DNA from: Escherichia phage K1ind1
Sequence record: NC_041897.1
DNA: 42,292 nucleotides
Reading direction: 5' to 3' (one strand)
The notes under the pieces are model-generated. The model ran no database searches, was not told the DNA's origin, and saw only the letters and a program-made list of their open reading frames with translations. The position numbers and the translations under genes are program-made. This document shows, piece after piece, positions 1 to 9,377 of the stretch (within the stretch, counting starts at the first letter, position 1; the number at the start of each line of letters is the position of its first letter).

Positions 1-1251
1 ATGAGTATTCAGCTATCCGCACCGCAGGCGCTGTTCCTGAATTGTGATAACAAATATAAGGCATATGTCGGCGGCTTCGGCAGCGGAAAGACATTTGTTG
101 GCTGCCTTGACCTGCTTACGTTTATGCTCAAGCATCCAGGTACGCGCCTGGGTTACTTCGGCCCGACATACCCGGCTATCCGTGACATCTTCTACCCGAC
201 ATTTGAGGAAGCCGCTAACCTGCTCGGCCTCGATGTGCTGGTTAAATCTGGCGACAAAGAAGTCGTGGTTACTTGCGGTAAGACGGTGCTCGGTACAGTT
301 ATCTGCCGTTCTATGGATAACCCAGGCTCGATAGTCGGCTTCAAAATCGCTGCTGCGGTCGTGGATGAGCTTGATGTATTGAGCCGTGAGAAAGCTGAGC
401 TGGCGTGGAACAAAATAGTCGCCCGTATGCGTCTGGTTATCCCCGGCGTAACTAACCACATCTCTGTCACCACGACACCGGAAGGGTTCAAGTTCGTCTA
501 CGCCAAGTTCAAAGAGAACCCGACGCCGAGTTACTCGATGGTGCAGGCTTCTACACACGAGAACGCGCGATTCCTGCCACCTGACTACATTAGTTCGCTG
601 ACCGAGACTTATCCGGCGCAGTTGATTAACGCGTATCTGAATGGTGAGTTCGTCAACCTTACCTCCGGCAGCGTGTATTACGCATATGACCGCCGTAAGC
701 ACCGCAGCAAAGAGGTAATTCAACCGGGCGACACGTTGTACATCGGGCAGGACTTCAACGTTACGAAGAACGCAAGCGCCGTGTATGTGCAACGTAAAGA
801 CGGCTGGCACGCGGTAGCAGAACTGAAAGGCCTGTTCGATACACCGGATACCGTGCGCGTAATTACTGAGAAGTGGAAGTCGCAAGGCCACCGCATCGTC
901 GTGTACCCGGACGCCAGCGGCAAGAACCGCAAGACCAACTCGGCGTCCATCTCTGACATCGCCCTACTCCAGCAGGCCGGTTTCGATGTACGGGCTAAAT
1001 CCGCCAACCCACCAGTTAAAGACCGTGTTTTAGCCGTGAATACCGCGCTGGAAAAAGGTAAGCTGTGGGTTAACGACCACTTATGCCCGGAGATAGCCAA
1101 GACGCTGGAGCAACAGGCGTACGACGACAACGGAGAGCCAGCTAAAGACGGCATCATTGACCATATGGCGGATGCGCTTGGCTATCCTGTAGTTTACGAG
1201 ATGCCGGTGGTTAAACCAGTAATCAACATCCCGGTGACTTTCGCACTTTAA
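1..1251 (+). CDS. terL: terminase large subunit
   Basis: 416 aa; N-terminal P-loop-like YVGGFGSGKT and Walker-B-like VVDELD; first gene of the morphogenesis block; ATG overlaps the inferred stop of the terS ORF across the window join. Confidence 0.8.
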   Translation: MSIQLSAPQALFLNCDNKYKAYVGGFGSGKTFVGCLDLLTFMLKHPGTRLGYFGPTYPAIRDIFYPTFEEAANLLGLDVLVKSGDKEVVVTCGKTVLGTVICRSMDNPGSIVGFKIAAAVVDELDVLSREKAELAWNKIVARMRLVIPGVTNHISVTTTPEGFKFVYAKFKENPTPSYSMVQASTHENARFLPPDYISSLTETYPAQLINAYLNGEFVNLTSGSVYYAYDRRKHRSKEVIQPGDTLYIGQDFNVTKNASAVYVQRKDGWHAVAELKGLFDTPDTVRVITEKWKSQGHRIVVYPDASGKNRKTNSASISDIALLQQAGFDVRAKSANPPVKDRVLAVNTALEKGKLWVNDHLCPEIAKTLEQQAYDDNGEPAKDGIIDHMADALGYPVVYEMPVVKPVINIPVTFAL

Positions 1252-1263
1252 GAGGATTATTCA

Positions 1264-2745
1264 ATGTTAACTATGAACGGTCAGAATCAGGGTGTTAAGA
1301 CAAAACACCGGGAATGGCTGCATCACTTCGATAAATGGCAGAAGGTGCGCCACGCACTGGAGGGTGACCTTATCCGCTATCTGCGAAACGTCGGGAAGAA
1401 CGAGCCGGACCCAACTTATGCAGCCCAGCGCCAGGAAGAATACGAGAACGGCGCTATCTGCTACAATTTCACCAAGCGTACCCTGTCGGGTATGGTTGGC
1501 TCGGTAATGCGAAAAGACCCGGAGCAGATTATTCCACGTGAACTGGAATACCTGTTACGCAATGCCGATGGCTCGGGTGTCGGCCTGTGGCAGCACGCGC
1601 AGGATACGCTGATGGAGATTGACTCGGTGGGTCGTGGCGGTTTACTGGTGGATGCGCCGGAGACAGCGGCAGCGACGGCAGCCGAACAGAACGCCGGATT
1701 ATTAAACCCGGTCATCGCATTCTATACCGCAGAGAACATCATCAACTGGCGACTCACTCGCGTAGGCTCTGTTAACCGCGTTACGATGGTAGTGCTGCGT
1801 GAGGTATGGGAATATTCAGAACCTGGAGCCGAGTTTGAAACCAAGTTTGGGGAACAATACCGCGTTCTCGACTTGATTGACGGGCGCTACCGTCAGCGCA
1901 TATACCGATTCGATGCGGAAGGCGGCGCGCAAGACGAAGTAATAGAAATCTTCCCGGAACTGGGCGAACAGTTGCGCGGTAAAATCCCGTTCACGTTCAT
2001 CGGGGCCAGCAACAACGACGCGACGGTTGATGACGCGCCTTTGCTGCCGTTAGCTGAGCTTAATATCGGGCATTTTCGCAACAGCGCAGACAATGAGGAA
2101 TCTAGCTTCGTTGTAGGCCAGCCCACTCTGTTCATCGCCCCCGGTGAGAACATGAGCATGGTGCAATGGAAAGAGGCCAACCCCCACGGCGTACGTATGG
2201 GTTCACGTTCGGGCCACAATATCGGCTACGGCGGCAACGCGTTTCTGGTCCAGGCGGGAGAGAATAACCTCGCCAAACAGAACATGTTGGATAAAGAGAA
2301 TCAGGCAATCCAGATTGGTGCACAGCTTATCACGCCTACGCAGCAAATCACCGCCGAATCCGCTCGCCTGCAACGTGCTGCCGATACGTCCGTAATGGCG
2401 ACCATTGCGCGTAACGTAAGCATGGCGTACACCGAAGCGTTGCGTTGGGTGGCTGCGATGCTGGGTCTACGCGAAGGAACGGAAATTGAGTTCAAGCTGA
2501 ATATGGAATTCTTCCTGCAACCAATGACCGCTCAGGACCGTGCGCAGTGGATGGCAGACATTAATGCCGGTTTACTACCGGCAACTGCTTACTACGCCGC
2601 GTTGCGTAAGGCTGGGGTAACTGACTGGACTGACGAGGAGATTACAACGGCTATTGAGGATGCACCTGTGCCGTTAGGCGCTGTTACTCAGGTAACTGGC
2701 GAGATTCCGCAGTCGGCGCAACAGCAGGATGCCACCCAGCAGTAA
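1264..2745 (+). CDS. portal protein
   Basis: 493 aa ORF immediately after terL; size, position and acidic C-terminus typical of portal proteins. Confidence 0.7.
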   Translation: MLTMNGQNQGVKTKHREWLHHFDKWQKVRHALEGDLIRYLRNVGKNEPDPTYAAQRQEEYENGAICYNFTKRTLSGMVGSVMRKDPEQIIPRELEYLLRNADGSGVGLWQHAQDTLMEIDSVGRGGLLVDAPETAAATAAEQNAGLLNPVIAFYTAENIINWRLTRVGSVNRVTMVVLREVWEYSEPGAEFETKFGEQYRVLDLIDGRYRQRIYRFDAEGGAQDEVIEIFPELGEQLRGKIPFTFIGASNNDATVDDAPLLPLAELNIGHFRNSADNEESSFVVGQPTLFIAPGENMSMVQWKEANPHGVRMGSRSGHNIGYGGNAFLVQAGENNLAKQNMLDKENQAIQIGAQLITPTQQITAESARLQRAADTSVMATIARNVSMAYTEALRWVAAMLGLREGTEIEFKLNMEFFLQPMTAQDRAQWMADINAGLLPATAYYAALRKAGVTDWTDEEITTAIEDAPVPLGAVTQVTGEIPQSAQQQDATQQ

Positions 2746-2755
2746 GTCCGCATAT

Positions 2756-2777
2756 AGCCCCGAAAGGGGCTTTCTTA
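2756..2777 (+). terminator. hairpin AGCCCC-GAAA-GGGGCT followed by interrupted T-run (possible partial terminator/RNA stabiliser)
   Basis: stem-loop read directly; same hairpin sequence recurs at 4325. Confidence 0.35.
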
Positions 2778-2781
2778 TAGT

Positions 2782-3858
2782 ATGCTATTAACTTTAGCGC
2801 CACAGGGTTTATCTATGAGCTTACTTACATCGCTAATCAGCCACCAGATATGGCTGCAACGCACCGCATCCGGCGAAGTGAAAGACCTCGCGCCGTTCAT
2901 TAAGGAAATGCGGGACGAAATCAAACGGCAGGTGCTGCTATTCGGTGACGACGGGCGTAGCACCGCGCGACTGAATAAACTGTTACGCGACCTGGAAGAA
3001 GCACTGGCAGGACTTACAGGTGACTGGCGAACAAAGCTGACAGAAGACCTTAAGGAACTGGCAGCGTATGAGGCGGAGTGGAACGTAAAAACGCTGACGA
3101 CTAACGTCAACGCGGAATTTGTTACACCTACCGCCGAACAGGTGTGGGCCGCTGCCGAGTTTCAGCCCTTATCGTTAAGCTACAAACCTGTTGATTTCAC
3201 TAAGCTGATGTCAGGCTGGGGTGAAACCGAAGTCGCGCGCCTGGTAACGGGTGTTAAGATGGGCTTTGTACAAGGTCAAACCACGCGGCAGATTGTTAAG
3301 AATGTTGTTGGTGCCGGTGGGCTAACTGACATATCTGAGCGCACCGCGGCTACCGTCATCCGCACCGCGCTGTCTCACGTGTCCAACGAAGCCCGTAACG
3401 AGACGTACCGCCAGAACGACGACATCATCGAGAAGTACGAGTGGGTGTCAACGCTTGACAGCCGCACCAGTACGATTTGCAGGGTCAGAGACGGAATGAC
3501 GTGGAGAATCGGTAAAGGTCCGATGCCCCCCGCCCATCCTAACTGTCGAAGTACCACGGCCCCTGTAATCAGTTCCGAGTTCGACTTCCTCGATAAAGGC
3601 GCAAAACGCGCGGCTAAAGGCGCATACGGCGGTACTCAGGTAAGCGCGGACACCACTTATTACGAGTTCCTGAAACAACAGCCTGCATGGTTTCAGGACC
3701 AGGCGCTCGGCCCTGTTCGCGGTAAGATTTTCCGTAACAGCGGTATATCGCCGGAAGAGTTTCGCGTAATATCTGTAGATGGTTTCGGGAATCCGCTCAC
3801 GCTTAAACAGATGGCGGAACTCGATAAACGTGTTGCTGATTATCTGAAAGGGGATTAA
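2782..3858 (+). CDS. head morphogenesis / minor head protein (Mu F / SPP1 gp7-like position)
   Basis: 358 aa ORF following portal; assignment by synteny and size, not by a recognised motif. Confidence 0.5.
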   Translation: MLLTLAPQGLSMSLLTSLISHQIWLQRTASGEVKDLAPFIKEMRDEIKRQVLLFGDDGRSTARLNKLLRDLEEALAGLTGDWRTKLTEDLKELAAYEAEWNVKTLTTNVNAEFVTPTAEQVWAAAEFQPLSLSYKPVDFTKLMSGWGETEVARLVTGVKMGFVQGQTTRQIVKNVVGAGGLTDISERTAATVIRTALSHVSNEARNETYRQNDDIIEKYEWVSTLDSRTSTICRVRDGMTWRIGKGPMPPAHPNCRSTTAPVISSEFDFLDKGAKRAAKGAYGGTQVSADTTYYEFLKQQPAWFQDQALGPVRGKIFRNSGISPEEFRVISVDGFGNPLTLKQMAELDKRVADYLKGD

Positions 3859-4319
3859 TGATGGGCTTTTTCAAAGTAACTGATGTACCGTCACGTCGCG
3901 TAGTCCAGTACGCCCGCGTGTCTGGCTCTGGTGAGAACGTGGTGTTTATTGATGATGAAAGTGTACTCGGTACACCCGAAGACGATATGCCGTTTGCAGA
4001 TAAAACCGGTATTGCGTTACCCGCGGCGGGCATGCTTTATGAAATTCCGTATCTGGCGGATGCAGGTGACGTGTATTTCTCGGTGCAACCGAAAGACACC
4101 GAGCTGGTCGACGGTAGCGCCACCATCACCGTCGAAGTTAAGGCGGGTAAAGCGCCGTGTGTACTGACCTGGTACAAAGACGGCAAGGAAGTGGTAAACG
4201 CCCCAGAAGAGGCTTTGTCTCTGACGGTTAATGCTGTCGGTGAATACTTCGTTAAAGTCACCGATGCCGATGGGGTAGAGGCCGTCAGTAAAGCGGCGAA
4301 GGTTACTAAGCCAGAATAA
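3858..4319 (+). CDS. Ig-like (Big_2-type) domain protein, possible capsid decoration
   Basis: 153 aa; C-terminal beta-rich segment with TWYKDGKEV motif typical of phage Ig-like domains; start overlaps upstream stop (TAATG). Confidence 0.5.
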   Translation: MMGFFKVTDVPSRRVVQYARVSGSGENVVFIDDESVLGTPEDDMPFADKTGIALPAAGMLYEIPYLADAGDVYFSVQPKDTELVDGSATITVEVKAGKAPCVLTWYKDGKEVVNAPEEALSLTVNAVGEYFVKVTDADGVEAVSKAAKVTKPE

Positions 4320-4323
4320 ACTG

Positions 4324-4345
4324 AAGCCCCGAAAGGGGCTTTTTA
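4324..4345 (+). terminator. rho-independent terminator
   Basis: AGCCCC-GAAA-GGGGCT hairpin followed by TTTTT. Confidence 0.6.
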
Positions 4346-4614
4346 GTGCCTGTGATTATTCCAGTTATTCCACTCAATTGTAAATGTTGGAATAAACTAT
4401 TCGAATAGTCGACTTTTCACCAAAAATGTGCTAAGCTCCACCTGAGCTTGTGAAGTATGAACAAGCGACCGCGGCGCGGCAGGTAACGGAGCCGGACGTT
4501 AAGTCCGAGTGTAGTTACGCTGACGCGTTCGGAAGGGCCATACTCTATTGCTTGTGTAAAAAGTAACTGGTTTACTGAGATTACGCCGTTTCTATGTTTA
4601 AATGATAAGTACTA

Positions 4615-4641
4615 GCGCCCCGCTTTAAGGCGGGGCTTTAC
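4615..4641 (+). terminator. terminator-like hairpin
   Basis: GCCCCGC-TTTAAG-GCGGGGC stem-loop followed by TTT; ends a 300-bp non-coding stretch. Confidence 0.45.
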
Positions 4642-4660
4642 TTATCGAGAAAGGGGAAAC

Positions 4661-5047
4661 ATGAATCTTAAAGCAACTGTCGTAGCGGGAGCATGTTTCA
4701 TCATCCTGACTTACGCACACGGCATCTACCAGTATCGCATCGGCTGGAACGAAGGCCGGGCCAATCTCGTTTCACAGCAACAGCAGAAAGCACAGGCTGA
4801 GTTAGCGAAGAAAACACAACGGCAGCAGCAGGATGAATCAAAGGCCGCGGCTGCTGACAGCGAAGGCAAGACGAAATCAGAGGTGATTACCCGTGAAGTC
4901 GTTAAGTACATTAAAACGCCTGGTCGCAGCGTGTGCACTTTTGACCCTGAGCGCGTGCAGCTCAAGTCCCGCGCCGTCGCAAACGCCAATTCCATCCCCG
5001 GATATGACGATGATGCAGCCGCCGTGCAAACTGGCCCCGCCAAGTAG
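4661..5047 (+). CDS. i-spanin (Rz-like)
   Basis: 128 aa; N-terminal transmembrane segment (VVAGACFIILTYAHGIY) then Q/A/K-rich coiled-coil; overlapped by a lipoprotein ORF in the +1 frame. Confidence 0.6.
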   Translation: MNLKATVVAGACFIILTYAHGIYQYRIGWNEGRANLVSQQQQKAQAELAKKTQRQQQDESKAAAADSEGKTKSEVITREVVKYIKTPGRSVCTFDPERVQLKSRAVANANSIPGYDDDAAAVQTGPAK

Positions 5048-5156
5048 CGACGCCGACGAGGATTTAGCTATCGACGTTCAGAATGCCGAATGTGTACGGC
5101 AACTGAGACTGAAAGTGTTCATGTTGCAGGATTACGTGAGGAATATTCTGGAATAG
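4893..5156 (+). CDS. o-spanin (Rz1-like) outer-membrane lipoprotein
   Basis: 87 aa; GTG start with GAGGTGA RBS; lipobox LLTLSAC followed by Pro-rich sequence; begins inside the Rz-like gene in +1 frame and extends past it. Confidence 0.6.
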   Translation: MKSLSTLKRLVAACALLTLSACSSSPAPSQTPIPSPDMTMMQPPCKLAPPSSDADEDLAIDVQNAECVRQLRLKVFMLQDYVRNILE

Positions 5157-5238
5157 TTGCCTTGCATGTTGGAATAATTTATTCTTGACATGTAAATCCG
5201 GGTGGCCCGGATTCCAACGTCCAGGGGACATACTGACT

Positions 5239-5940
5239 ATGAATCGTTTTTTACATTATCCGTTCCAGGAAGAAGCTGGGGCAGAAGATAAAGCCGGTGG
5301 CGGTGATGCGCCGAAAATGTTCACCGCGGAAGAAGTTCAGGCGCTGATTGAGAAAGAAGTTGCCGGGCTTAAGGCCAATCAGGAAGCATTACTGGCGGAG
5401 AAGAAAGAAGCCGCCCGTAAAGCAAGAGAGGCCGAAGAAGAACGGCAGCGCGCGCACCAGGAGGCGTTAAAAGCCGCTGGTAAGATGGACGAGTTCGAAA
5501 AGACGATTCGTAGCCAGTATGACCCGGTGTTAGCCGAGAAAGATGGTCGCATCTCTAAAATGGCAGAGCGCATCCTCGGTAGCGAACGTAAAGCGGTGTT
5601 AGGCTCTTTCGCAGGTGACTTTATTACCCCGGAAGCAGTGGACATTCTTGCACCGTTCGTTAAGACTGAGTTCGAAGGCGATGATGTGGTTACTAAGTTT
5701 GTCGGCGCAGATGGCAACGTAATCACGACTGACCCGGAACAGTTCCGCAAATACCTGCGCGAACACAAAGCGTTTTCGCATTTGATTAAAGCAAATGCAG
5801 CTTCCGGCGGCGGGGCTTCCGGTGGCAAAGGCGGCGGGGCCGCACCAGCGTTTAAAGACATGAGTGAAGCGGAGCGTTTAGCTCTGTATAAATCGAACCC
5901 TGCCGAATTTGAACGGCAACTTAAAGCCCTGAGGAAATAA
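5239..5940 (+). CDS. capsid scaffolding protein
   Basis: about 233 aa from ATG 5239; highly charged, A/E/K-rich coiled-coil; immediately upstream of major capsid gene; ORF-track start 5185 is a TTG inside a promoter-like region. Confidence 0.55.
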   Translation: MNRFLHYPFQEEAGAEDKAGGGDAPKMFTAEEVQALIEKEVAGLKANQEALLAEKKEAARKAREAEEERQRAHQEALKAAGKMDEFEKTIRSQYDPVLAEKDGRISKMAERILGSERKAVLGSFAGDFITPEAVDILAPFVKTEFEGDDVVTKFVGADGNVITTDPEQFRKYLREHKAFSHLIKANAASGGGASGGKGGGAAPAFKDMSEAERLALYKSNPAEFERQLKALRK

Positions 5941-5942
5941 TA

Positions 5943-6992
5943 ATGGCAATTACCACTATCGGCGATATCGTAACTGGCAACATCCCGGTCCTGGCGTCTT
6001 ATATGACCGAGGACCCGGTGGAAAAAACCGCGTTCTTCCAGTCCGGTATTCTGACCCCGACTCCGTACGCCGCAGAGATTGCTCGTGGTCCGTCCAACAT
6101 CGCCAACATTCCTTTCTGGAAAGCGATTGATACTTCTATCGAGCCTAATTACTCGAACGACGTATATCAGGACATCGCTACCCAGCGTAATGTGCAAACC
6201 GGTGAGATGATGGCCCGCGTTGCGTACCTGAACGAAGGTTTTGGCCAGGCGGACCTGACTGTCGAACTGACCAGCCAGAACCCGTTGCAATCTGTTGCCT
6301 CTCGTCTGGATAACTTCTGGCAGCGTCAGGCACAGCGCCGTCTGATTGCCACCGCCCTCGGCATCTACAACGACAACGTGTCCGCAACCGACGCGTACCA
6401 CGAACAGAACGACATGGTAATCGACGTGTCTGCAACTCTTGGCTTCGATTCCGGTGCGTTTATCGACGCCACCCAGACTATGGGTGACGCTCTGATGGGT
6501 AATGGTGGCGAAGTGCTGGGCGCAATCGCGATGCACAGCTTCGTATACGCACAGGCACGTAAGCAGCAGCTTATCGACTTCATCCGTGATGCCGACAACA
6601 ACACCATGTTTGCCACCTACCAGGGCTACCGCGTGATTGTTGACGACAGCATGACCGTAGTAGGTACTGGCTCCAGCCGTAAGTTCATCTCCATCATCTT
6701 CGGCAACGGCGCTATTGGTTATGGTGAAGGCAATCCGTCCAATCCGCTGGAATACGAGCGCGAAGCGTCCCGCGGCAACGGCGGTGGCGTCGAAACCTTG
6801 TGGACCCGTAAGACCTGGTTGCTGCATCCGCTGGGCTACAGCTTCACCAGCACAGTAATCACTGGTAACGGTACTGAAACCGTAGCCCGCTCTGCTTCCT
6901 GGCAGGACCTGGCGAACGCCTCCAACTGGAACCGCGTTGTTGACCGTAAGCATGTACCGATTGCCTTCCTGGTAACTGGTGTAGGTGCTTAA
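5943..6992 (+). CDS. major capsid protein
   Basis: 349 aa; follows scaffold; strong codon bias; followed by strong terminator. Confidence 0.7.
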   Translation: MAITTIGDIVTGNIPVLASYMTEDPVEKTAFFQSGILTPTPYAAEIARGPSNIANIPFWKAIDTSIEPNYSNDVYQDIATQRNVQTGEMMARVAYLNEGFGQADLTVELTSQNPLQSVASRLDNFWQRQAQRRLIATALGIYNDNVSATDAYHEQNDMVIDVSATLGFDSGAFIDATQTMGDALMGNGGEVLGAIAMHSFVYAQARKQQLIDFIRDADNNTMFATYQGYRVIVDDSMTVVGTGSSRKFISIIFGNGAIGYGEGNPSNPLEYEREASRGNGGGVETLWTRKTWLLHPLGYSFTSTVITGNGTETVARSASWQDLANASNWNRVVDRKHVPIAFLVTGVGA

Positions 6993-7007
6993 GGTTAAGT
7001 TATAATC

Positions 7008-7032
7008 GAGAGGGACTTCGGTCCCTCTTTTC
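7008..7032 (+). terminator. rho-independent terminator
   Basis: GAGGGAC-TTCG-GTCCCTC hairpin followed by TTTTCATTT. Confidence 0.65.
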
Positions 7033-7051
7033 ATTTACTAAGAGGTAAATT

Positions 7052-7306
7052 ATGGCTAAGACCGGAAAGGGCTTACCGCGCAGCCTTGAGAACACCGATT
7101 TCAGCAATGTTGTGCCAGAAGCAACAGCAGAAACCGCTGGGCTGGTTAAGAAAGGCGCTGCGGTAACGAACATCGGATCACAGACCGTTACTGGCGGAGA
7201 CGCCGCTGCCGTGGCTACGTCCGCGCAGACCGCGGTTAACGCAGTAGGCACTAAATTGAACGCACTTCTGGCGCAACTCCGCGCTGCTGGCGTAATTGAA
7301 TCGTAA
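7052..7306 (+). CDS. hypothetical head-associated protein
   Basis: 84 aa ORF with AAGAGG RBS; A/T/G-rich, low complexity. Confidence 0.45.
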   Translation: MAKTGKGLPRSLENTDFSNVVPEATAETAGLVKKGAAVTNIGSQTVTGGDAAAVATSAQTAVNAVGTKLNALLAQLRAAGVIES

Positions 7307-7318
7307 AGGAGATTTAGC

Positions 7319-7669
7319 ATGGTTGATGTAATCAAGCGTCGCACCACCGGTGTAACTGACGACGGTCCGGCTGACGGTCAACTGGAAATCGACATGGTGA
7401 ACATTTCACCTGCGTCTTTTTCTACCGCGCTGGCCGCCACTACGGCAGTAACCGCCGGGCAGACTATGACCCTGACCGTAGCCGTTACTGGTGGTCTGGC
7501 CCCGTACTCCTACCAGTGGTACAAAGATAACAACGCTATCGCTGGCGCAAACGCTGCTTCTTATGCGAAGGCGTCCACTACTACCGCAGATTCAGGCACG
7601 TATAAAGTGGTTGTTCACGATGTGTATGGTAATATTATCTCCAGCAGCACTGTAGCAACTGTGTCTTAA
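7319..7669 (+). CDS. Ig-like domain protein
   Basis: 116 aa; YQWYKDNNAIAG...SGTYKVVVHD motif pattern typical of bacterial Ig-like domains; AAGGAG RBS. Confidence 0.5.
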   Translation: MVDVIKRRTTGVTDDGPADGQLEIDMVNISPASFSTALAATTAVTAGQTMTLTVAVTGGLAPYSYQWYKDNNAIAGANAASYAKASTTTADSGTYKVVVHDVYGNIISSSTVATVS

Positions 7670-7674
7670 TACAA

Positions 7675-7690
7675 CGGCCCTTCGGGGCCG
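7675..7690 (+). other. stable UUCG-tetraloop hairpin without T-tract
   Basis: CGGCCC-TTCG-GGGCCG read directly; no downstream U-run, so more likely an RNA stabiliser than a terminator. Confidence 0.4.
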
Positions 7691-7705
7691 TAATAAGGAA
7701 AGGTC

Positions 7706-7885
7706 ATGGCAGATAATTATGTAATCCGCGAAAAGTACACCCACGTTGATATGGTTGATGGTCAGGTGATGCCCGTGCGCGGTGTTGTAGATGCGGATGA
7801 GCTTGTGGCAACGCAACCAGATAACGAAGAAGCGCACAACAACGGCGGTGGGACTAAACGTCGTCGCCGTAAGTCTGAGGAATAA
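7706..7885 (+). CDS. small hypothetical protein (59 aa, below ORF-track cutoff)
   Basis: ATG with AGGAAAGG RBS; fills the gap between flanking genes; highly charged C-terminus (KRRRRKSEE). Confidence 0.4.
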   Translation: MADNYVIREKYTHVDMVDGQVMPVRGVVDADELVATQPDNEEAHNNGGGTKRRRRKSEE

Positions 7886-7888
7886 TTT

Positions 7889-8401
7889 ATGCCGCTAATC
7901 GTGGAAACGGGTGAAATCGTCCCTAATGCCGACAGTTACATTAGCCTGGCTGACGCCCGCGCGTTAGCGGCTAATTATGGTCTTGAGTTACCTGTCGACG
8001 ATACCGCCGCAGAGGTGGCCCTGCGAAATGGTGCTACATACGTCGGCCTGTCTGAACCTCAGATGTGCGGTCGCCGTGTGTCAGCAGAGCAGTCGCTGGC
8101 GTACCCGCGCACAGGGGTGACTCTGAACGGCTTCCCTGTGGCGAACAATGTAATCCCTAAGCAGGTAATTCTCGCACAGGTAATCGCCGCGGTAACATAC
8201 GGCGCAGGCACAGAGGTGCGTGCCAACTCGGACGGGCGTTCAGTACAGACTGAGCGCGTAGAGGGCGCAGTAACCATCACCTATTTCAACAACGGCAGTT
8301 CTGGCGCTACTACATCAATCACCGCAGCCGATGATGCATTGCGCCCGCTTCTTTGCGGAGGCCTTAACAATGGCTTCTCGTTTAACGTGTACCGGGGTTA
8401 A
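7889..8401 (+). CDS. hypothetical structural protein (connector region)
   Basis: 170 aa; position between capsid and tail genes. Confidence 0.4.
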   Translation: MPLIVETGEIVPNADSYISLADARALAANYGLELPVDDTAAEVALRNGATYVGLSEPQMCGRRVSAEQSLAYPRTGVTLNGFPVANNVIPKQVILAQVIAAVTYGAGTEVRANSDGRSVQTERVEGAVTITYFNNGSSGATTSITAADDALRPLLCGGLNNGFSFNVYRG

Positions 8402-8403
8402 AA

Positions 8404-9018
8404 ATGGCGAAGACTAAAACAGAGATATTTACGCTAATCGGGTCTGAATTGCCGGATAACACAACCGGGCTAATCACCCCTGAGAAGTTACGCGGTGTTC
8501 TCACTCAAATGGCTGACCCGCCTATTTATGCCAACCCTGGCGTGAAAGAGGTTGAGGTGCTACGTGCGGCATCTACTGTCGTTCAGGCTCCGTCCGCGGT
8601 CGATACCGCGTTGCAACTAACCTTCGGTGCAGCGCAGGGTAGTGCCTCTGACCCTGTCATGATTAATGCCGCGGGTCTGGTAACTTTCAATACCGCGGGC
8701 AACTATGCCGTTCGCATTAAGCTACAGGCTGGGAGAACCGGAGCCAGCGGCACGTCTATCTTGTTGTCACGCATTCTGGTAAACGGCGCTCAGTACGGCT
8801 CGCCGGCAGCTACGAAACTGGTTAGCGCGGAAACTACCATCCCTATTGAATCCCGTGTAGTTATTAACCCAACCTCCGGACAAACATTTGCCGTTCAGAT
8901 TATGCGAGACAGCGCTGGGGCAAACTTCGGCGGCGTATATCCGCAGGCCGCAACAGTGACCGCATGGGGTACAGCACCTTCGGCATTACTGGTTATCTCG
9001 AGACTGGAGGCCGCGTAA
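8404..9018 (+). CDS. hypothetical structural protein
   Basis: 204 aa; stop overlaps next start (TAATG). Confidence 0.4.
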   Translation: MAKTKTEIFTLIGSELPDNTTGLITPEKLRGVLTQMADPPIYANPGVKEVEVLRAASTVVQAPSAVDTALQLTFGAAQGSASDPVMINAAGLVTFNTAGNYAVRIKLQAGRTGASGTSILLSRILVNGAQYGSPAATKLVSAETTIPIESRVVINPTSGQTFAVQIMRDSAGANFGGVYPQAATVTAWGTAPSALLVISRLEAA

Positions 9019-9377
9019 TGAGCACCGCCTTTAGTAAACGTATGCAGGGCGTGGGTACACGCCTGCTAGCCAAATTCGGCAGCACGGTATCTCTGGTTCG
9101 CGCTGGCTCGAAAGTGTGGGATGAAGTTCTCGGCGAATACATCTGGTCAGATGATGAAGTGCTGCCGCTGAAAGCCGTACCCGTTCCGGTTAACTCGGGC
9201 TTGGTTAACGGCACAACCATTCAGGCGGGAGACATGGTTGTTAAAGCGGATTGCAGTGTCGTGCCAAAAATGGAAGACAAGGTACAATTCGGCGGCGAGC
9301 AATGGTCTGTCGTAGCTATCGAGAAGAAGATGGTTAACGATGATGTCGTGGCGTATTTTATTCAGGTGAGAAAATGA
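9018..9377 (+). CDS. head-tail adaptor / head closure-like protein
   Basis: about 119 aa from ATG 9018; position in neck gene run; translationally coupled to flanking genes. Confidence 0.4.
   Translation: MSTAFSKRMQGVGTRLLAKFGSTVSLVRAGSKVWDEVLGEYIWSDDEVLPLKAVPVPVNSGLVNGTTIQAGDMVVKADCSVVPKMEDKVQFGGEQWSVVAIEKKMVNDDVVAYFIQVRK

Noticed and set aside
5185-5235. TTGACA hexamer followed by the AATCCGGG-TGG-CCCGGATT hairpin upstream of the scaffold gene, considered as a promoter
   Set aside because: No acceptable -10 hexamer at 16-19 nt spacing; the hairpin may be an RNA-level element but a promoter cannot be supported.
5379-7034. 551-aa ORF on the minus strand
   Set aside because: It lies antisense to the scaffold and major capsid genes, which have strong sense-strand signals (RBS, coupling, terminator); the translation is low-complexity (Gly/Arg/Val-rich). 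Almost certainly a frame artefact.
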